Notes: generated from the letters alone by a model not told the origin. A stretch of 64,000 nucleotides of DNA from Candidatus Latescibacterota bacterium (GCA_965208125.1 OZ242320.1:4384001-4448000), one strand, 5' to 3'. Shown: positions 29,213 through 38,672, counted from the stretch's first letter. A program made the numbers and translations.

Positions 29213-29674
29213 TCACGTTTTTGTTTTGCAGCGTCGCGTCAGTACATACCGATCTTCTGCGGCGCGATAATAACCTTTCACAAAGTTTCTCTCGCTAAAT
29301 CCCCATTTTTCGTACAGGGAACTAGCACTTTCATTTTCGGGATCTACGGTCAAAAAACAATCCACACCGATTTGATCGCATGCAGCCAAAACTGCGTCGA
29401 ACAGAGCAGAACCAATGCCTTTGCCGCGAAAGGGATGATCCACAAATACTTTGTGTAAACAATACAGCCTGTCTGTCATTGTGGGAAATGCCAGCACAGC
29501 ACCGATCAGTTTTTCGCGTTCCCATGCACAAAATACCAGCGCGTGCTCTGTCCACAATCGCCAGACGTGTTCTCCATCGGGAATGTACTCAGAATTCCGG
29601 TTTTGTGCCCATGCTTCGCGGTCCAATTTTGCGATTTCCAAAAAGTCGCGCGTCTCGGCACGCTGAATATGCAT
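29213..29674 (-). CDS. GNAT family N-acetyltransferase
   Basis: VFVDHPFRGKGIGSAL, N..A..LYEKWGF. Confidence 0.9.
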   Translation of the reverse strand: MHIQRAETRDFLEIAKLDREAWAQNRNSEYIPDGEHVWRLWTEHALVFCAWEREKLIGAVLAFPTMTDRLYCLHKVFVDHPFRGKGIGSALFDAVLAACDQIGVDCFLTVDPENESASSLYEKWGFSERNFVKGYYRAAEDRYVLTRRCKTKT

Positions 29675-29779
29675 CTCAAATACTCCTGCGAATAGCGGTT
29701 TGTACCTGTGTAGATATGTAGAAATGTTTGATGTGCGTCAAGTCATTTTCTATGTCTTATGGGAGATACTTCAAAGGCA

Positions 29780-29807
29780 TTGACATTCTGATTGCAAGTC
29801 CTATCTT
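29780..29807 (+). promoter_or_regulatory. Probable sigma70 promoter
   Basis: TTGACA, 16 nt, TATCTT in a divergent spacer. Confidence 0.5.
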
Positions 29808-29905
29808 CAGATGCGGTCGGCAACTACAAGTTCATCCACTTTCAGCTTTTGGCCCTTTGTTTTGCCGACCGATAGCGGCTGAGAGCTACCAATTGGGAGA
29901 TAAAA

Positions 29906-30667
29906 ATGAAGTTGGGTATTGTCACGTATCAAATCGCCGCGGACTGGGATGTTGCCACTATTATCGAAACCTGTGCGAAGCTCGGTTATGGCGGTGCCGA
30001 GTTGCGTACCACGCATGCTCACGGCGTTGAAACAGACCTTTCGGCGGGACAACGGCAGGATATCCGCAAACAATTTGAAGATGGTGGGGTCGAAATCGCG
30101 GGTTTGGGCTCGGCATTTGAATATCATTCGGATGATCCCGGCGTTGTGCGCGAAAATATTGATGGCACGATTGAATATGCCAAACTCGCCGCGGACCTGG
30201 GTTGCCCGGGCGTTAAGGTGCGGCCCAATGGCCTGCAAACCGGCAAAGGTATTCCGGTGGAGCAAACACTCGAACAAATTGGCAAATCTGTGCGTGAATG
30301 CGCGATTGCCGCTGCTGATCTGGGGGTGCAAATTCGTGTGGAAGTACACGGGCAAGAAACACAAAAGCCAGCACATATGCGCACTATTATGGATTGGGCA
30401 GATCACGACAATGCAAAGATATGCTGGAATTCGAATTTGGGTGAAGTGGAAGACGGTTCTATCAAAGCTAATTTTGATCTGCTCAAACACAAGATCGGTC
30501 TGGTACACATCACCGAATTGTGCAATCCGGCCTATCCATGGCGCGAACTCTTCTCTCTTCTTAAAGCCGAAGGCTATGCGGGATATACGCTGGCTGAAAT
30601 CCCCGGTAGCTCAGATGCCGAGCGTCTGCTCCAATATTACAAGGCATTGTGGGAAGCGTATCAGTAG
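29906..30667 (+). CDS. Sugar phosphate isomerase/epimerase (xylose-isomerase-like TIM barrel)
   Basis: LGYGGAELR, IRVEVHG, VHITEL, GYAGYTLAE; GGGAG RBS. Confidence 0.85.
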   Translation: MKLGIVTYQIAADWDVATIIETCAKLGYGGAELRTTHAHGVETDLSAGQRQDIRKQFEDGGVEIAGLGSAFEYHSDDPGVVRENIDGTIEYAKLAADLGCPGVKVRPNGLQTGKGIPVEQTLEQIGKSVRECAIAAADLGVQIRVEVHGQETQKPAHMRTIMDWADHDNAKICWNSNLGEVEDGSIKANFDLLKHKIGLVHITELCNPAYPWRELFSLLKAEGYAGYTLAEIPGSSDAERLLQYYKALWEAYQ

Positions 30668-30686
30668 GTAGGCTCCGTTCCCTTTG

Positions 30687-31370
30687 ATGAGTGTACAAAA
30701 AGAAATTTACGCCCTCAAACGCGAACTCGCCGCACGTTATCAACTCGGCGAAGAACACCACAATATTTGTGGGCGCAAAATAGGTGTGACTTGTGTTGAA
30801 GATGCCGAAGCACTCTTTGACAAAATGCAAATGGCCGATCCCGATAGCATTGAGATTCAGGATGAACGCCTGCCATATTGGGCAACGCTTTGGGATTCTG
30901 CGCTTGTTTTGTCCGATGTTCTGCTCGCGGATAATCTGATTGCGCCGGGCGAATCTGTGCTTGAACTCGGCTGTGGGTTGGGCCTTGTCTCATCTATTGC
31001 CTGTCTCAAACACGCGCGTGTCACGGCTACGGATTACCAGCCCGACGCACTCAAATTCGCGCAACTCAATGGGTTGCAAATTGCGGGTGTCGCTCCCAGG
31101 ACAATGCTCATCGACTGGCGCGCCCCGCCGCAAGGTCAACACTATGCCACCTTGTTGGGCGCAGATCTCGTGTACGAACTGCGTTTTTTCGATCCTCTCA
31201 TCGCCACATTTGACGCCCTTCTCGCACCGGGAGGGCGCGTTTTATTTTCTGAACCCAATCGCATTTTAGGCAGACCTTTTTTTGACCGTCTGCGCAATGC
31301 GGGCTGGGCGTTTTCCACTATAACTGAGCGGGAAGGTGCGACAGTGTATGAGATCGTGAGAGGTGATTAA
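30687..31370 (+). CDS. Family-16 (METTL21-like) SAM methyltransferase
   Basis: PYWATLWDSA, VLELGCGLGL, ATDY, GADLVYE. Confidence 0.85.
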   Translation: MSVQKEIYALKRELAARYQLGEEHHNICGRKIGVTCVEDAEALFDKMQMADPDSIEIQDERLPYWATLWDSALVLSDVLLADNLIAPGESVLELGCGLGLVSSIACLKHARVTATDYQPDALKFAQLNGLQIAGVAPRTMLIDWRAPPQGQHYATLLGADLVYELRFFDPLIATFDALLAPGGRVLFSEPNRILGRPFFDRLRNAGWAFSTITEREGATVYEIVRGD

Positions 31371-32257
31371 AATATATCCAAATCCGCTGCTTCGATTTCT
31401 TTTCGCAATACTTTCTCTTCTTCCTCATCGAGCGGACGTGTTGGCTTGATGGGGGCACCGCACTCAATTCCCTGCCAGCGCAATACGGCGCGCACGCTAC
31501 CGTGTCCACCGTATTTTTGACAAATCCGAATCAGTTCATTTACGTCTGCTTGCAATGTGCGTGCTGTATCTAAATCGCGCTTGTTCACCGCCTCGTAAAT
31601 GCCCACAAAATGCGCGGGCATCACGTTGTAAAATGTGCCAATACCCCCCTGAGCACCTGCTGCAATGCCCGATAGGGCCACTTCGTCATGTCCGTTAAAA
31701 ATATGCGGTTTATGCGGCCCATTGAGTACGCGTTCCATTAAGAACAAGTTGAAATTTGTGAATTTAATGCCCACCACGCCCTCGAGTGCGAGCATCTGGT
31801 TGATTTGTTCAAACGAATATTCCTGATGCGTGACCACGGGGATGTAATACACAAAGACCGGCAAGTTTGCCGCCGAACTCAACGCGCTGTAATACGCCAA
31901 TATGTCGTCAAAACGATATCCCTGGACATAAGGAGGCAAACTCGAAATGCCATCGGCTCCTGCAGCTGCGGCGTGTTTGGCGAGTTCAACAGCATCTCGC
32001 TCGGAGGGTGCGCCAACGTGTACTACTACTCGTCCACGTCCTTTTGATGCTTTGACGGCAATTTCTGTGGCCAACTTGCGTTCGGCAATTGTCATCAAAT
32101 AGCCTTCGCCCGTGTTGCCTGCCACGTACACGCCGTGCGATCCCTGTTCGTAAATACGCGCTATGAGTTTTTCGAAGGCTGAGGTGCTGAATGTACCTGT
32201 CCCATCCCTGGGGCTGACCAGTGCGGGATACATGCCCTTAAAACCGTCGAGTATCAC
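31367..32257 (-). CDS. Dihydrodipicolinate synthase family aldolase (N-acetylneuraminate lyase-like)
   Basis: GNTGE, VHVG, YYIP, GIKFT Schiff-base Lys, GHDE, GIGTFYN. Confidence 0.88.
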   Translation of the reverse strand: MILDGFKGMYPALVSPRDGTGTFSTSAFEKLIARIYEQGSHGVYVAGNTGEGYLMTIAERKLATEIAVKASKGRGRVVVHVGAPSERDAVELAKHAAAAGADGISSLPPYVQGYRFDDILAYYSALSSAANLPVFVYYIPVVTHQEYSFEQINQMLALEGVVGIKFTNFNLFLMERVLNGPHKPHIFNGHDEVALSGIAAGAQGGIGTFYNVMPAHFVGIYEAVNKRDLDTARTLQADVNELIRICQKYGGHGSVRAVLRWQGIECGAPIKPTRPLDEEEEKVLRKEIEAADLDIF

Positions 32258-33261
32258 AGGGCGCCTCCTGTTTTTTCGTAGAGCGCGCGGGATAGTGATT
32301 CGATTTGTGTGCGTTCAACCAGTGTTTCTATGAGATGTTGCGGCAAACCCGCTGTTCCGTGATACAGCCCGCTCAATGTGCCGGCAATGGCTGCAAATGT
32401 ATCTACATCTCCACCCGTGAGCAGCGCGCGTTCAACCGTGGGAATAAATTCTCCTTCTGAGCGCAAAAATGCCTCTAAAGCTACGACGATCGTGGCCTGG
32501 GCTTCGCTCGGGATGGCATTTTCTCGCGCAGCTTCGGGCATTTTTACCATGGTTGCCCACGCATCTTCTTCGTTCATTGTCAGCAATGTCCCCACCTGTG
32601 CGATCAACTCGCCTGTGGATTCGCAAATCGGTCTGGCCGACCACTCGGCTACGTCCAGCACCTCATTCCCATCCAGCGGGCGATGTGTTACCAGATGCCC
32701 CACCACATGGGCCATTGCGACTGCAGGTGCAACTGCGCGTGGGTCCTGGTGCGTCACATGGCTCGCTGCAATTGCATCTTCCAGGATATTTTCACCGGTT
32801 GCCCAGTGCCACAAGCCCACTGGCGCGATTTTCATAACTGCCCCATTGGAGGGGTGGTCTTTCGATGCGGCATCGGACCACGCCAGACCCTGATCAAGGC
32901 GTTCCAGAGTCTCCTTAAAAGCCCTGCCATACATTTGCAGGAGTCCCTCGCGCCACATCGCCAAAAATCGATTGCTCAGGTCTTCGGGATCTACCTTTTC
33001 ACACGCTATAATTGACTCAACCAAGACGAGGGTCTGCTGGGTATCGTCTGTGTATTCTCCTGCTGGTCGGGTCACTACGCCTTCCCGATTGACCCGCCCT
33101 CGATAGTGGTCTGTCAATCCCTCTACCGCTTTGATCCGACCCCGGTCCCATCCCTCGCAAAAACAGCCCAGGGAATCGCCTATTGCGCCGCCCAGTAGCG
33201 CGCCTACAAACATATCCTCAACCTCGATGTCCTCTATTTCGGCTTCCCAATAATCAGCCAT
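32254..33261 (-). CDS. ADP-ribosylglycohydrolase family protein
   Basis: GGAIGDSLG, YTDDTQ, SNGAVMK, TH, GGDVDT. Confidence 0.92.
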   Translation of the reverse strand: MADYWEAEIEDIEVEDMFVGALLGGAIGDSLGCFCEGWDRGRIKAVEGLTDHYRGRVNREGVVTRPAGEYTDDTQQTLVLVESIIACEKVDPEDLSNRFLAMWREGLLQMYGRAFKETLERLDQGLAWSDAASKDHPSNGAVMKIAPVGLWHWATGENILEDAIAASHVTHQDPRAVAPAVAMAHVVGHLVTHRPLDGNEVLDVAEWSARPICESTGELIAQVGTLLTMNEEDAWATMVKMPEAARENAIPSEAQATIVVALEAFLRSEGEFIPTVERALLTGGDVDTFAAIAGTLSGLYHGTAGLPQHLIETLVERTQIESLSRALYEKTGGAL

Positions 33262-33304
33262 AATTCAAACCTCAAGTTTAATCGGTGAAAAAATACAAGA
33301 GCCT

Positions 33305-34303
33305 CTATTGTGCATCTACGATATTGCGAAATGCTCGAATGTGCTCGGGTGTTGTGCCGCAACATCCGCCTATCAAGAATCCACCGGCGTCCAATAAGTC
33401 TTCGACGTGTTGGGCCATGTCTTCTGGTCCTTGCGAATACGATGCCTGTTTGGTGACTTTGTCCAGGGTGGGTAAGCCCGCATTGGGATAGGCCATCAAG
33501 CGCTTGTTTTCAATGCCGCGATCCCCAAGTGCTTTTTGCATCTGCACTGTGCCCTCAATTGCATAGGGCATGCCCGTGTGATCTGTATTGCGCGTTTCTG
33601 CGCCACAGTTCAAGCCCAGGAGTTGCACATCGCCGAGTAGATTATCGCCGTCTGAAAATTCGCCACTTGCCAAAATGTCCAGTAGGTCGCTGGGTGAAAC
33701 CCCCCAGTCCGTGCGATAGATCAATTCGCCCGTTTTGCGATCCTTTGTGAATTTATACGTCATATTCACGGCGATGGGTAAGCCCGTTTGCCGTGCAATG
33801 TCAACGGCGATTGCCGCTTCTTTGGCGGAAAATTGCGTTTCTATGACAAAAAAATCGACGCCGCCTTTGACCATGGCAGAGATCACGCGCTCGTGGGCCG
33901 ATCGCACATCTACATTGGGGATGCCAAAAACCGTATCGCCGGCATCGGCTTCGATAGCACCGGGGGAGGGACCGATGGAGCCACCCACATAAACATCCTT
34001 TCCGCTTTCTTCAACAGCTTGCCGCGCGTGTTGGACAGCCAATTCTGTCAAGCGCTCGGCATCATCTTCATCGGCGTCGGCCATCTCGAGATGCAGGGGT
34101 GATACCACAAATGTGTTCGTGCCGATGGCGTTTGCACCCGCATCGATATACGCGCGATGCACTGCTACAACCTCGTCGGGATGCGATAGATTGGCGATGG
34201 AACTGTTTGCCAGATTTACCCCGTGTGCAAATAATTGAGATCCAAACCCGCCGTCGTACACCATAGGTTGATCGTCTGCGAGGCGTTCTGCAAAAGACTT
34301 CAT
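33305..34303 (-). CDS. Stand-alone homocysteine S-methyltransferase domain protein (MetH N-terminal-like)
   Basis: DGGFGS, H..YIDAGA..I.TNTF, GSIGP, IET, Zn ligands GLNCG and GGCCGT, YPNAGLP. Confidence 0.92.
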   Translation of the reverse strand: MKSFAERLADDQPMVYDGGFGSQLFAHGVNLANSSIANLSHPDEVVAVHRAYIDAGANAIGTNTFVVSPLHLEMADADEDDAERLTELAVQHARQAVEESGKDVYVGGSIGPSPGAIEADAGDTVFGIPNVDVRSAHERVISAMVKGGVDFFVIETQFSAKEAAIAVDIARQTGLPIAVNMTYKFTKDRKTGELIYRTDWGVSPSDLLDILASGEFSDGDNLLGDVQLLGLNCGAETRNTDHTGMPYAIEGTVQMQKALGDRGIENKRLMAYPNAGLPTLDKVTKQASYSQGPEDMAQHVEDLLDAGGFLIGGCCGTTPEHIRAFRNIVDAQ

Positions 34304-36228
34304 ACTGTCATCCTTTTAAACTGACACCCTTCGACAAATACGTCAAAAAAGTCTGGCTTTGTCTCCAGTTCCACATGCTCAATCCGTTTCACAAGGTGCT
34401 CTAACTCATCGCGTCGTTTCCGCGAGAGGAGGGTTGTTCTCGCGCCCAATATCGCGGCATTTCCCACCTTTTCGATACGCTCTTTTGGCACAGGTGCGAG
34501 AAAACCAATATCAATCGCATTTTGCACATTTACGTAATTGGCAAAACCGCCGGATAGATAAAGCCGATGGATCTGATCGGGGGCGATGCCAAACTCGCGC
34601 ATGACAAGTAACTGCCCACAATAATTTGCGGCCTTGGCCTGAGCCAGATTGCTTGCGTCTTCACGCGACAGCGCAATGCCGTGTTCGGGCACCACCATCA
34701 TTTCATATTGTTTGCGGTCGGCAAATACGCCCTTTTCCGTCATCAAATCATGCCGCCCAAGCTCGGCCAACAAATCGATCAGGCCAGAGCCGCACAATCC
34801 CTGAGGGGCGCCGCCGCCAATTACGCGATAATTGAACTGACCATTTTTCCATACCATCGATTCAATCGCCCCATCTTGCCCGGGCATGCCACAGGCGATG
34901 CCGCCGCCTTCAAATGCCGGTCCCGCCGGACAAGATGCTGCGACCAACCGGTCTCGATTACCCACGACGACCTCGGTATTGGTGCCCACATCGACAAGCA
35001 TAAATATCTCGTCTTGGTCACCCATTTCTACGGCCAGCATGTCCGCCGCGACATCGCCGCCTACATGGCTTGCAATAAGGGGCATGCCATATACCCGCGC
35101 TTTGGGATTTGCGCGAATGCCCAACCGCCTGCTGCTTTCATAAAGGGCGGTTGTTTTTCGCTCTCCGGTCAGATATTCGTGTTCTATTTGAGATTTATAG
35201 GGCTTTTGCCCGATACTCTGCACATCGAGCCTGAAGAACATATCCCGCATGGTGGCATTGCCAGCGACGACAATTTCGTAAATTTCTTGTCGCTCAAACT
35301 CCAATTTTTCACATAGTACGAGAATTTCGTGGTTGATCGCATTTACCAGTGCCTTCCACAGTTCATTTGGATATTCGCCATCATAGGAAATGCGATACAT
35401 GATATCGCTGCCGCCAAAGCGCTGGGGATTTTCGTAAGATGCAATTGCAATACTTTCGCCAGATTCCAGATCTACGAGATCCATCACAATTGTCGTGGTG
35501 CCCACATCAATTGCCAGTCCGTAGATGTGTCCCCGAAACCGATCGATGTCTTCTCCGTCATAGAATACCCGGTCTCCGTTACGCGTTACCACGGGATCGA
35601 GATCGATTTCTTTTTTTTGGCTCAAGGTCAAAATTTGAGGCGCGCGGCGCAGGGGCACAAATTCAACTTCTGCATTCAGATCTACGACTTCGGCCTGACA
35701 CGCCAGGCGGTAATTGTCTTTTAAGAAGGCTTCAGCTTCGGTTTTGGGGCACAGGCTCTCTTCACCTTTTGCAATTTCTACCACGCATTCATGGCATATC
35801 CCCGACCGGAAACACGATGTTGGAACCTGAACGGCCAGATCATCGGCATAATCAAATATTGTCTTTCGCGCTTCGAGTTGTTGCACCTTGCCCATGTGTG
35901 TAATTGTGCCCGTTCCCTTTTTTCGACGACGGTTTTTTTGTTTTTTGAGCGTGGTCTTCATCTCACGATAGGCATTTGGCTCTGTTTCCCAGGCTGTGCG
36001 ATAGTCGAGGTTATCGTTGCTGGCACATTGAAAAAGCGCCCGGTTGGGCGCTGGTTTACGCTGAAATTTACATCCGAATTTGGCGGTGCATTCGTCATCC
36101 TTGTTTTTGTAGGGACAGCGCATTTGCGCCTGTTCGTCGGCATGCTGGACAATATCTGAAAAAATTTCAGACATGCGATCCAGCCGCTTTTGATAGGCTT
36201 CTCGATCTATTTTTTCACGCTCACTCAT
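34300..36228 (-). CDS. Reductive activator of corrinoid proteins (RACo/RamA-like; 2Fe-2S + ASKHA ATPase)
   Basis: SCFRSGICHEC..RLACQ ferredoxin, AIDVGTTT, NPQRFGGSDIM.RI, DVGTNTE, AGPAFEG, GLCGSG, GNAA. Confidence 0.92.
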   Translation of the reverse strand: MSEREKIDREAYQKRLDRMSEIFSDIVQHADEQAQMRCPYKNKDDECTAKFGCKFQRKPAPNRALFQCASNDNLDYRTAWETEPNAYREMKTTLKKQKNRRRKKGTGTITHMGKVQQLEARKTIFDYADDLAVQVPTSCFRSGICHECVVEIAKGEESLCPKTEAEAFLKDNYRLACQAEVVDLNAEVEFVPLRRAPQILTLSQKKEIDLDPVVTRNGDRVFYDGEDIDRFRGHIYGLAIDVGTTTIVMDLVDLESGESIAIASYENPQRFGGSDIMYRISYDGEYPNELWKALVNAINHEILVLCEKLEFERQEIYEIVVAGNATMRDMFFRLDVQSIGQKPYKSQIEHEYLTGERKTTALYESSRRLGIRANPKARVYGMPLIASHVGGDVAADMLAVEMGDQDEIFMLVDVGTNTEVVVGNRDRLVAASCPAGPAFEGGGIACGMPGQDGAIESMVWKNGQFNYRVIGGGAPQGLCGSGLIDLLAELGRHDLMTEKGVFADRKQYEMMVVPEHGIALSREDASNLAQAKAANYCGQLLVMREFGIAPDQIHRLYLSGGFANYVNVQNAIDIGFLAPVPKERIEKVGNAAILGARTTLLSRKRRDELEHLVKRIEHVELETKPDFFDVFVEGCQFKRMTV

Positions 36229-36982
36229 TCTCCTCCTCCCACTCCTTCAACAATTGTACAGCCAGTTCCACGCAGTCCAGGGCGTTTTCACCGTATCCAT
36301 CCGCACCCATGTCGTCGGCAAATTCCTGTGTTACAGGGGCACCACCCACCATAATTTTTACATCGTCTCGCAAGTCTTCGTCGATAAATGCCTCAATTGT
36401 CTTGCCCATATTCGGCATTGTCGTGGTCAATAGTGCCGACATGCCGAGCAAATTGGCTTCGTGTTCTTCGACGGCATCCATAAATTCGTCTTCGGATGTA
36501 TCCACGCCGAGGTCGTGGACGACAAACCCGGCACCGCGCAACATCATGATACACAAATTTTTGCCAATATCGTGCAAATCGCCTTTCACCGTGCCCATAA
36601 TGACCGTACCTACTGGCTCGACGCCCGAGGCTGACAGGATGGGTTCAATATGCGCCATCCCCGCTTTCATCGCGCGGGCACAGGCGAGGACTTCAGGTAC
36701 AAAAATAAAATTCTCTCTAAACTTAATTCCCACAATGCCCATGCCAGCGATCAATCCATCGTCCATAATTTCCAGCGCACCCACGCCTGCATTCAGGGCT
36801 TCGCGCGTCAATTGATCGACATCGTGATGCGCGCCATCGATCAATGCGGCGGCGATTGCCTGCATCTCGGGACTTGCATTTGCGAACAGGTCGATATTGC
36901 GTTGGATCTCATCGGGGCGTTCTAAAAATTCTTCTATTTCCTCTTTGATAAACTCATTTTGAATATCGGATAATTCAGCCAT
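36221..36982 (-). CDS. Corrinoid (B12-binding) protein
   Basis: Cap domain (GLIAGM..VG..F....FVPEVL) plus GDLHDIGKN, SALLT, VGGAP. Confidence 0.95.
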   Translation of the reverse strand: MAELSDIQNEFIKEEIEEFLERPDEIQRNIDLFANASPEMQAIAAALIDGAHHDVDQLTREALNAGVGALEIMDDGLIAGMGIVGIKFRENFIFVPEVLACARAMKAGMAHIEPILSASGVEPVGTVIMGTVKGDLHDIGKNLCIMMLRGAGFVVHDLGVDTSEDEFMDAVEEHEANLLGMSALLTTTMPNMGKTIEAFIDEDLRDDVKIMVGGAPVTQEFADDMGADGYGENALDCVELAVQLLKEWEEENE

Positions 36983-38027
36983 GAACGCTCACTGCCTCCG
37001 CATGCCAATCCACGACCGCTTTTGGGATTTCTTTCAGGTTTTCGATGGATGTCTGCAATGGAATCGCACATTCAGGCCCCACCAGATGTACTCCTGCATT
37101 CAGGTTTTTATACACTTCTTCTTTTACGGTTTCAGGCTCTTTTGAAAATAGCGTTTCCGGATTATTGATATTGCCGACCAGCGCGATTCGCTCTTTCATG
37201 ATATCAATAGATTCATTTGGATCGTTTTTGGAGTCGTAGTGAAATGCCGCCATGCCCGTTTGCGCGATGTATTCCATCCGATCAACGGTGCGCCCGCATA
37301 TATGCAAAATCAGTGGAATGGGTATGCGGTCGGCAAATTCGATGTGCAATTCGCGCAAATACCGGTCGTAATAATCGCCGCTGACCAGATCGCCTGTTGC
37401 GTGATCGGGCAGGGTCAAGGCATCGGCGCCTGCTTCGATTTGCGCTACGCCAAATTCGACGGTTACTTCTTTTAATTTGTCCAGAATTTGCCGTGTGTGA
37501 TCCGGGTCGTCCAGTGATAGGAGCAAAAAATCCTCTACGCCAAAGCAGTGATACGCGAGAGACCAGGGTCCCATTGTTTTGCCGATAATCGCCACTTCGT
37601 CGCCGTATTCTTTTCGCAATATGCCAATCGCGTCCAGCACGCATTTTGTATCGGGATGGGTCAATAAGTTAGACGGGATCTCGATATCATCTACCTTGTG
37701 CCAGATCGGTTCTTTCATTTTTACTGTTGGCCAGTTGTCTTTTTGTTCCCACTGAATTTTGCATCCGAGTGCGGACGATTCTTGAATAATTGTAAATACG
37801 GGCATGATGGTGTCAAAACCGAGTTCGGTATAGCCCGTTGCCGCCAGGCGTGCCATGAGTTCTGGCTCGCGATTCGCCTGCGGAAATGGCGCATCGACGA
37901 GATCCATCAATTCTACGGTTGCAACCGAAGTCGGGTTACAGGTTGGTGTGCGATCCACAGGTGCCCGATTGAGTGCGGCCAATACGCGATCGCGCGGTTT
38001 CATTGGTTTTATTGTCTGGTCGTGCAT
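36975..38027 (-). CDS. MtaA/CmuA-family corrinoid methyltransferase (URO-D fold)
   Basis: ESSALGC, GPWSLA, AGADAL, LHICG and GPECAIP Zn ligands, LVGNIN. Confidence 0.88.
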   Translation of the reverse strand: MHDQTIKPMKPRDRVLAALNRAPVDRTPTCNPTSVATVELMDLVDAPFPQANREPELMARLAATGYTELGFDTIMPVFTIIQESSALGCKIQWEQKDNWPTVKMKEPIWHKVDDIEIPSNLLTHPDTKCVLDAIGILRKEYGDEVAIIGKTMGPWSLAYHCFGVEDFLLLSLDDPDHTRQILDKLKEVTVEFGVAQIEAGADALTLPDHATGDLVSGDYYDRYLRELHIEFADRIPIPLILHICGRTVDRMEYIAQTGMAAFHYDSKNDPNESIDIMKERIALVGNINNPETLFSKEPETVKEEVYKNLNAGVHLVGPECAIPLQTSIENLKEIPKAVVDWHAEAVSVHG

Positions 38028-38042
38028 ACGTGACTCCAGTTT

Positions 38043-38672
38043 CTAATTCTGCGCGCTCGGGGCTGCGAGTACGCCCCGGCTGGCAGCCTGTTCCAATTCT
38101 CGCATGACGGATCGCACATTGGGGGCGCGTACGAGAAGGACACCTATGAGGGGATCGTGCGTAATACCGCAATCAAAGCGCACCTGATCTTCTTCCACTT
38201 GTTCCAATTCGCCCAGTTTTGCAAGCCCTCCGGCTACCAATCGAATGCGCCGGTCTGCGCCTTTTTCATCGCTGTCAGCCGTGATTTTGTACGCGCCATT
38301 AGATTGGGGCGTTGCGGAAATATGCAATCCCGATTTTTTGTCCAGAATGGTCAACGGACGCATAGATACATCGTCATTCATGCCGAGTTTGCACGCTTCC
38401 AAAAATAGTCGCTTCACAGATAGCAGGTGTGTGGTTCCGCACGCAAAGCGCAGCAATCCCTCACCTGTGTCTTCCATTCCCCCCAGGACCCGCATCGCGT
38501 GGTTTACGGAGTCAATTCGCGCTTGCGCCCCGTCTATCTGGCTATATGTGTGAACGCGAAAAGTTGTACCCTGCGCGTTTTCTTGGCGATATAGCCCTAT
38601 TGTGATGTCGTGAAAATGGACATCCATTGGCACCAATTCGATTCGCCGACCTATGTCTAATGTCTGTCCCAT
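38043..38672 (-). CDS. Hypothetical protein associated with the corrinoid module
   Basis: 209-aa ORF overlapping the HAD gene end and 15 nt before the methyltransferase. No motif recognised. Confidence 0.75.
   Translation of the reverse strand: MGQTLDIGRRIELVPMDVHFHDITIGLYRQENAQGTTFRVHTYSQIDGAQARIDSVNHAMRVLGGMEDTGEGLLRFACGTTHLLSVKRLFLEACKLGMNDDVSMRPLTILDKKSGLHISATPQSNGAYKITADSDEKGADRRIRLVAGGLAKLGELEQVEEDQVRFDCGITHDPLIGVLLVRAPNVRSVMRELEQAASRGVLAAPSAQN

Noticed and set aside
29919-30671. 250-aa stop-free ORF in the +1 frame over the isomerase gene, plus a 233-aa antisense ORF (29807-30508)
   Set aside because: No RBS, no motifs, and composition typical of a frame shadow. The length is notable, but nothing supports translation without conservation data.
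33305-38027. Pyrrolysine or selenocysteine recoding in the methyltransferase cluster
   Set aside because: All ORFs are full length without internal TAG/TGA, and no MttB/MtmB-type gene is present.
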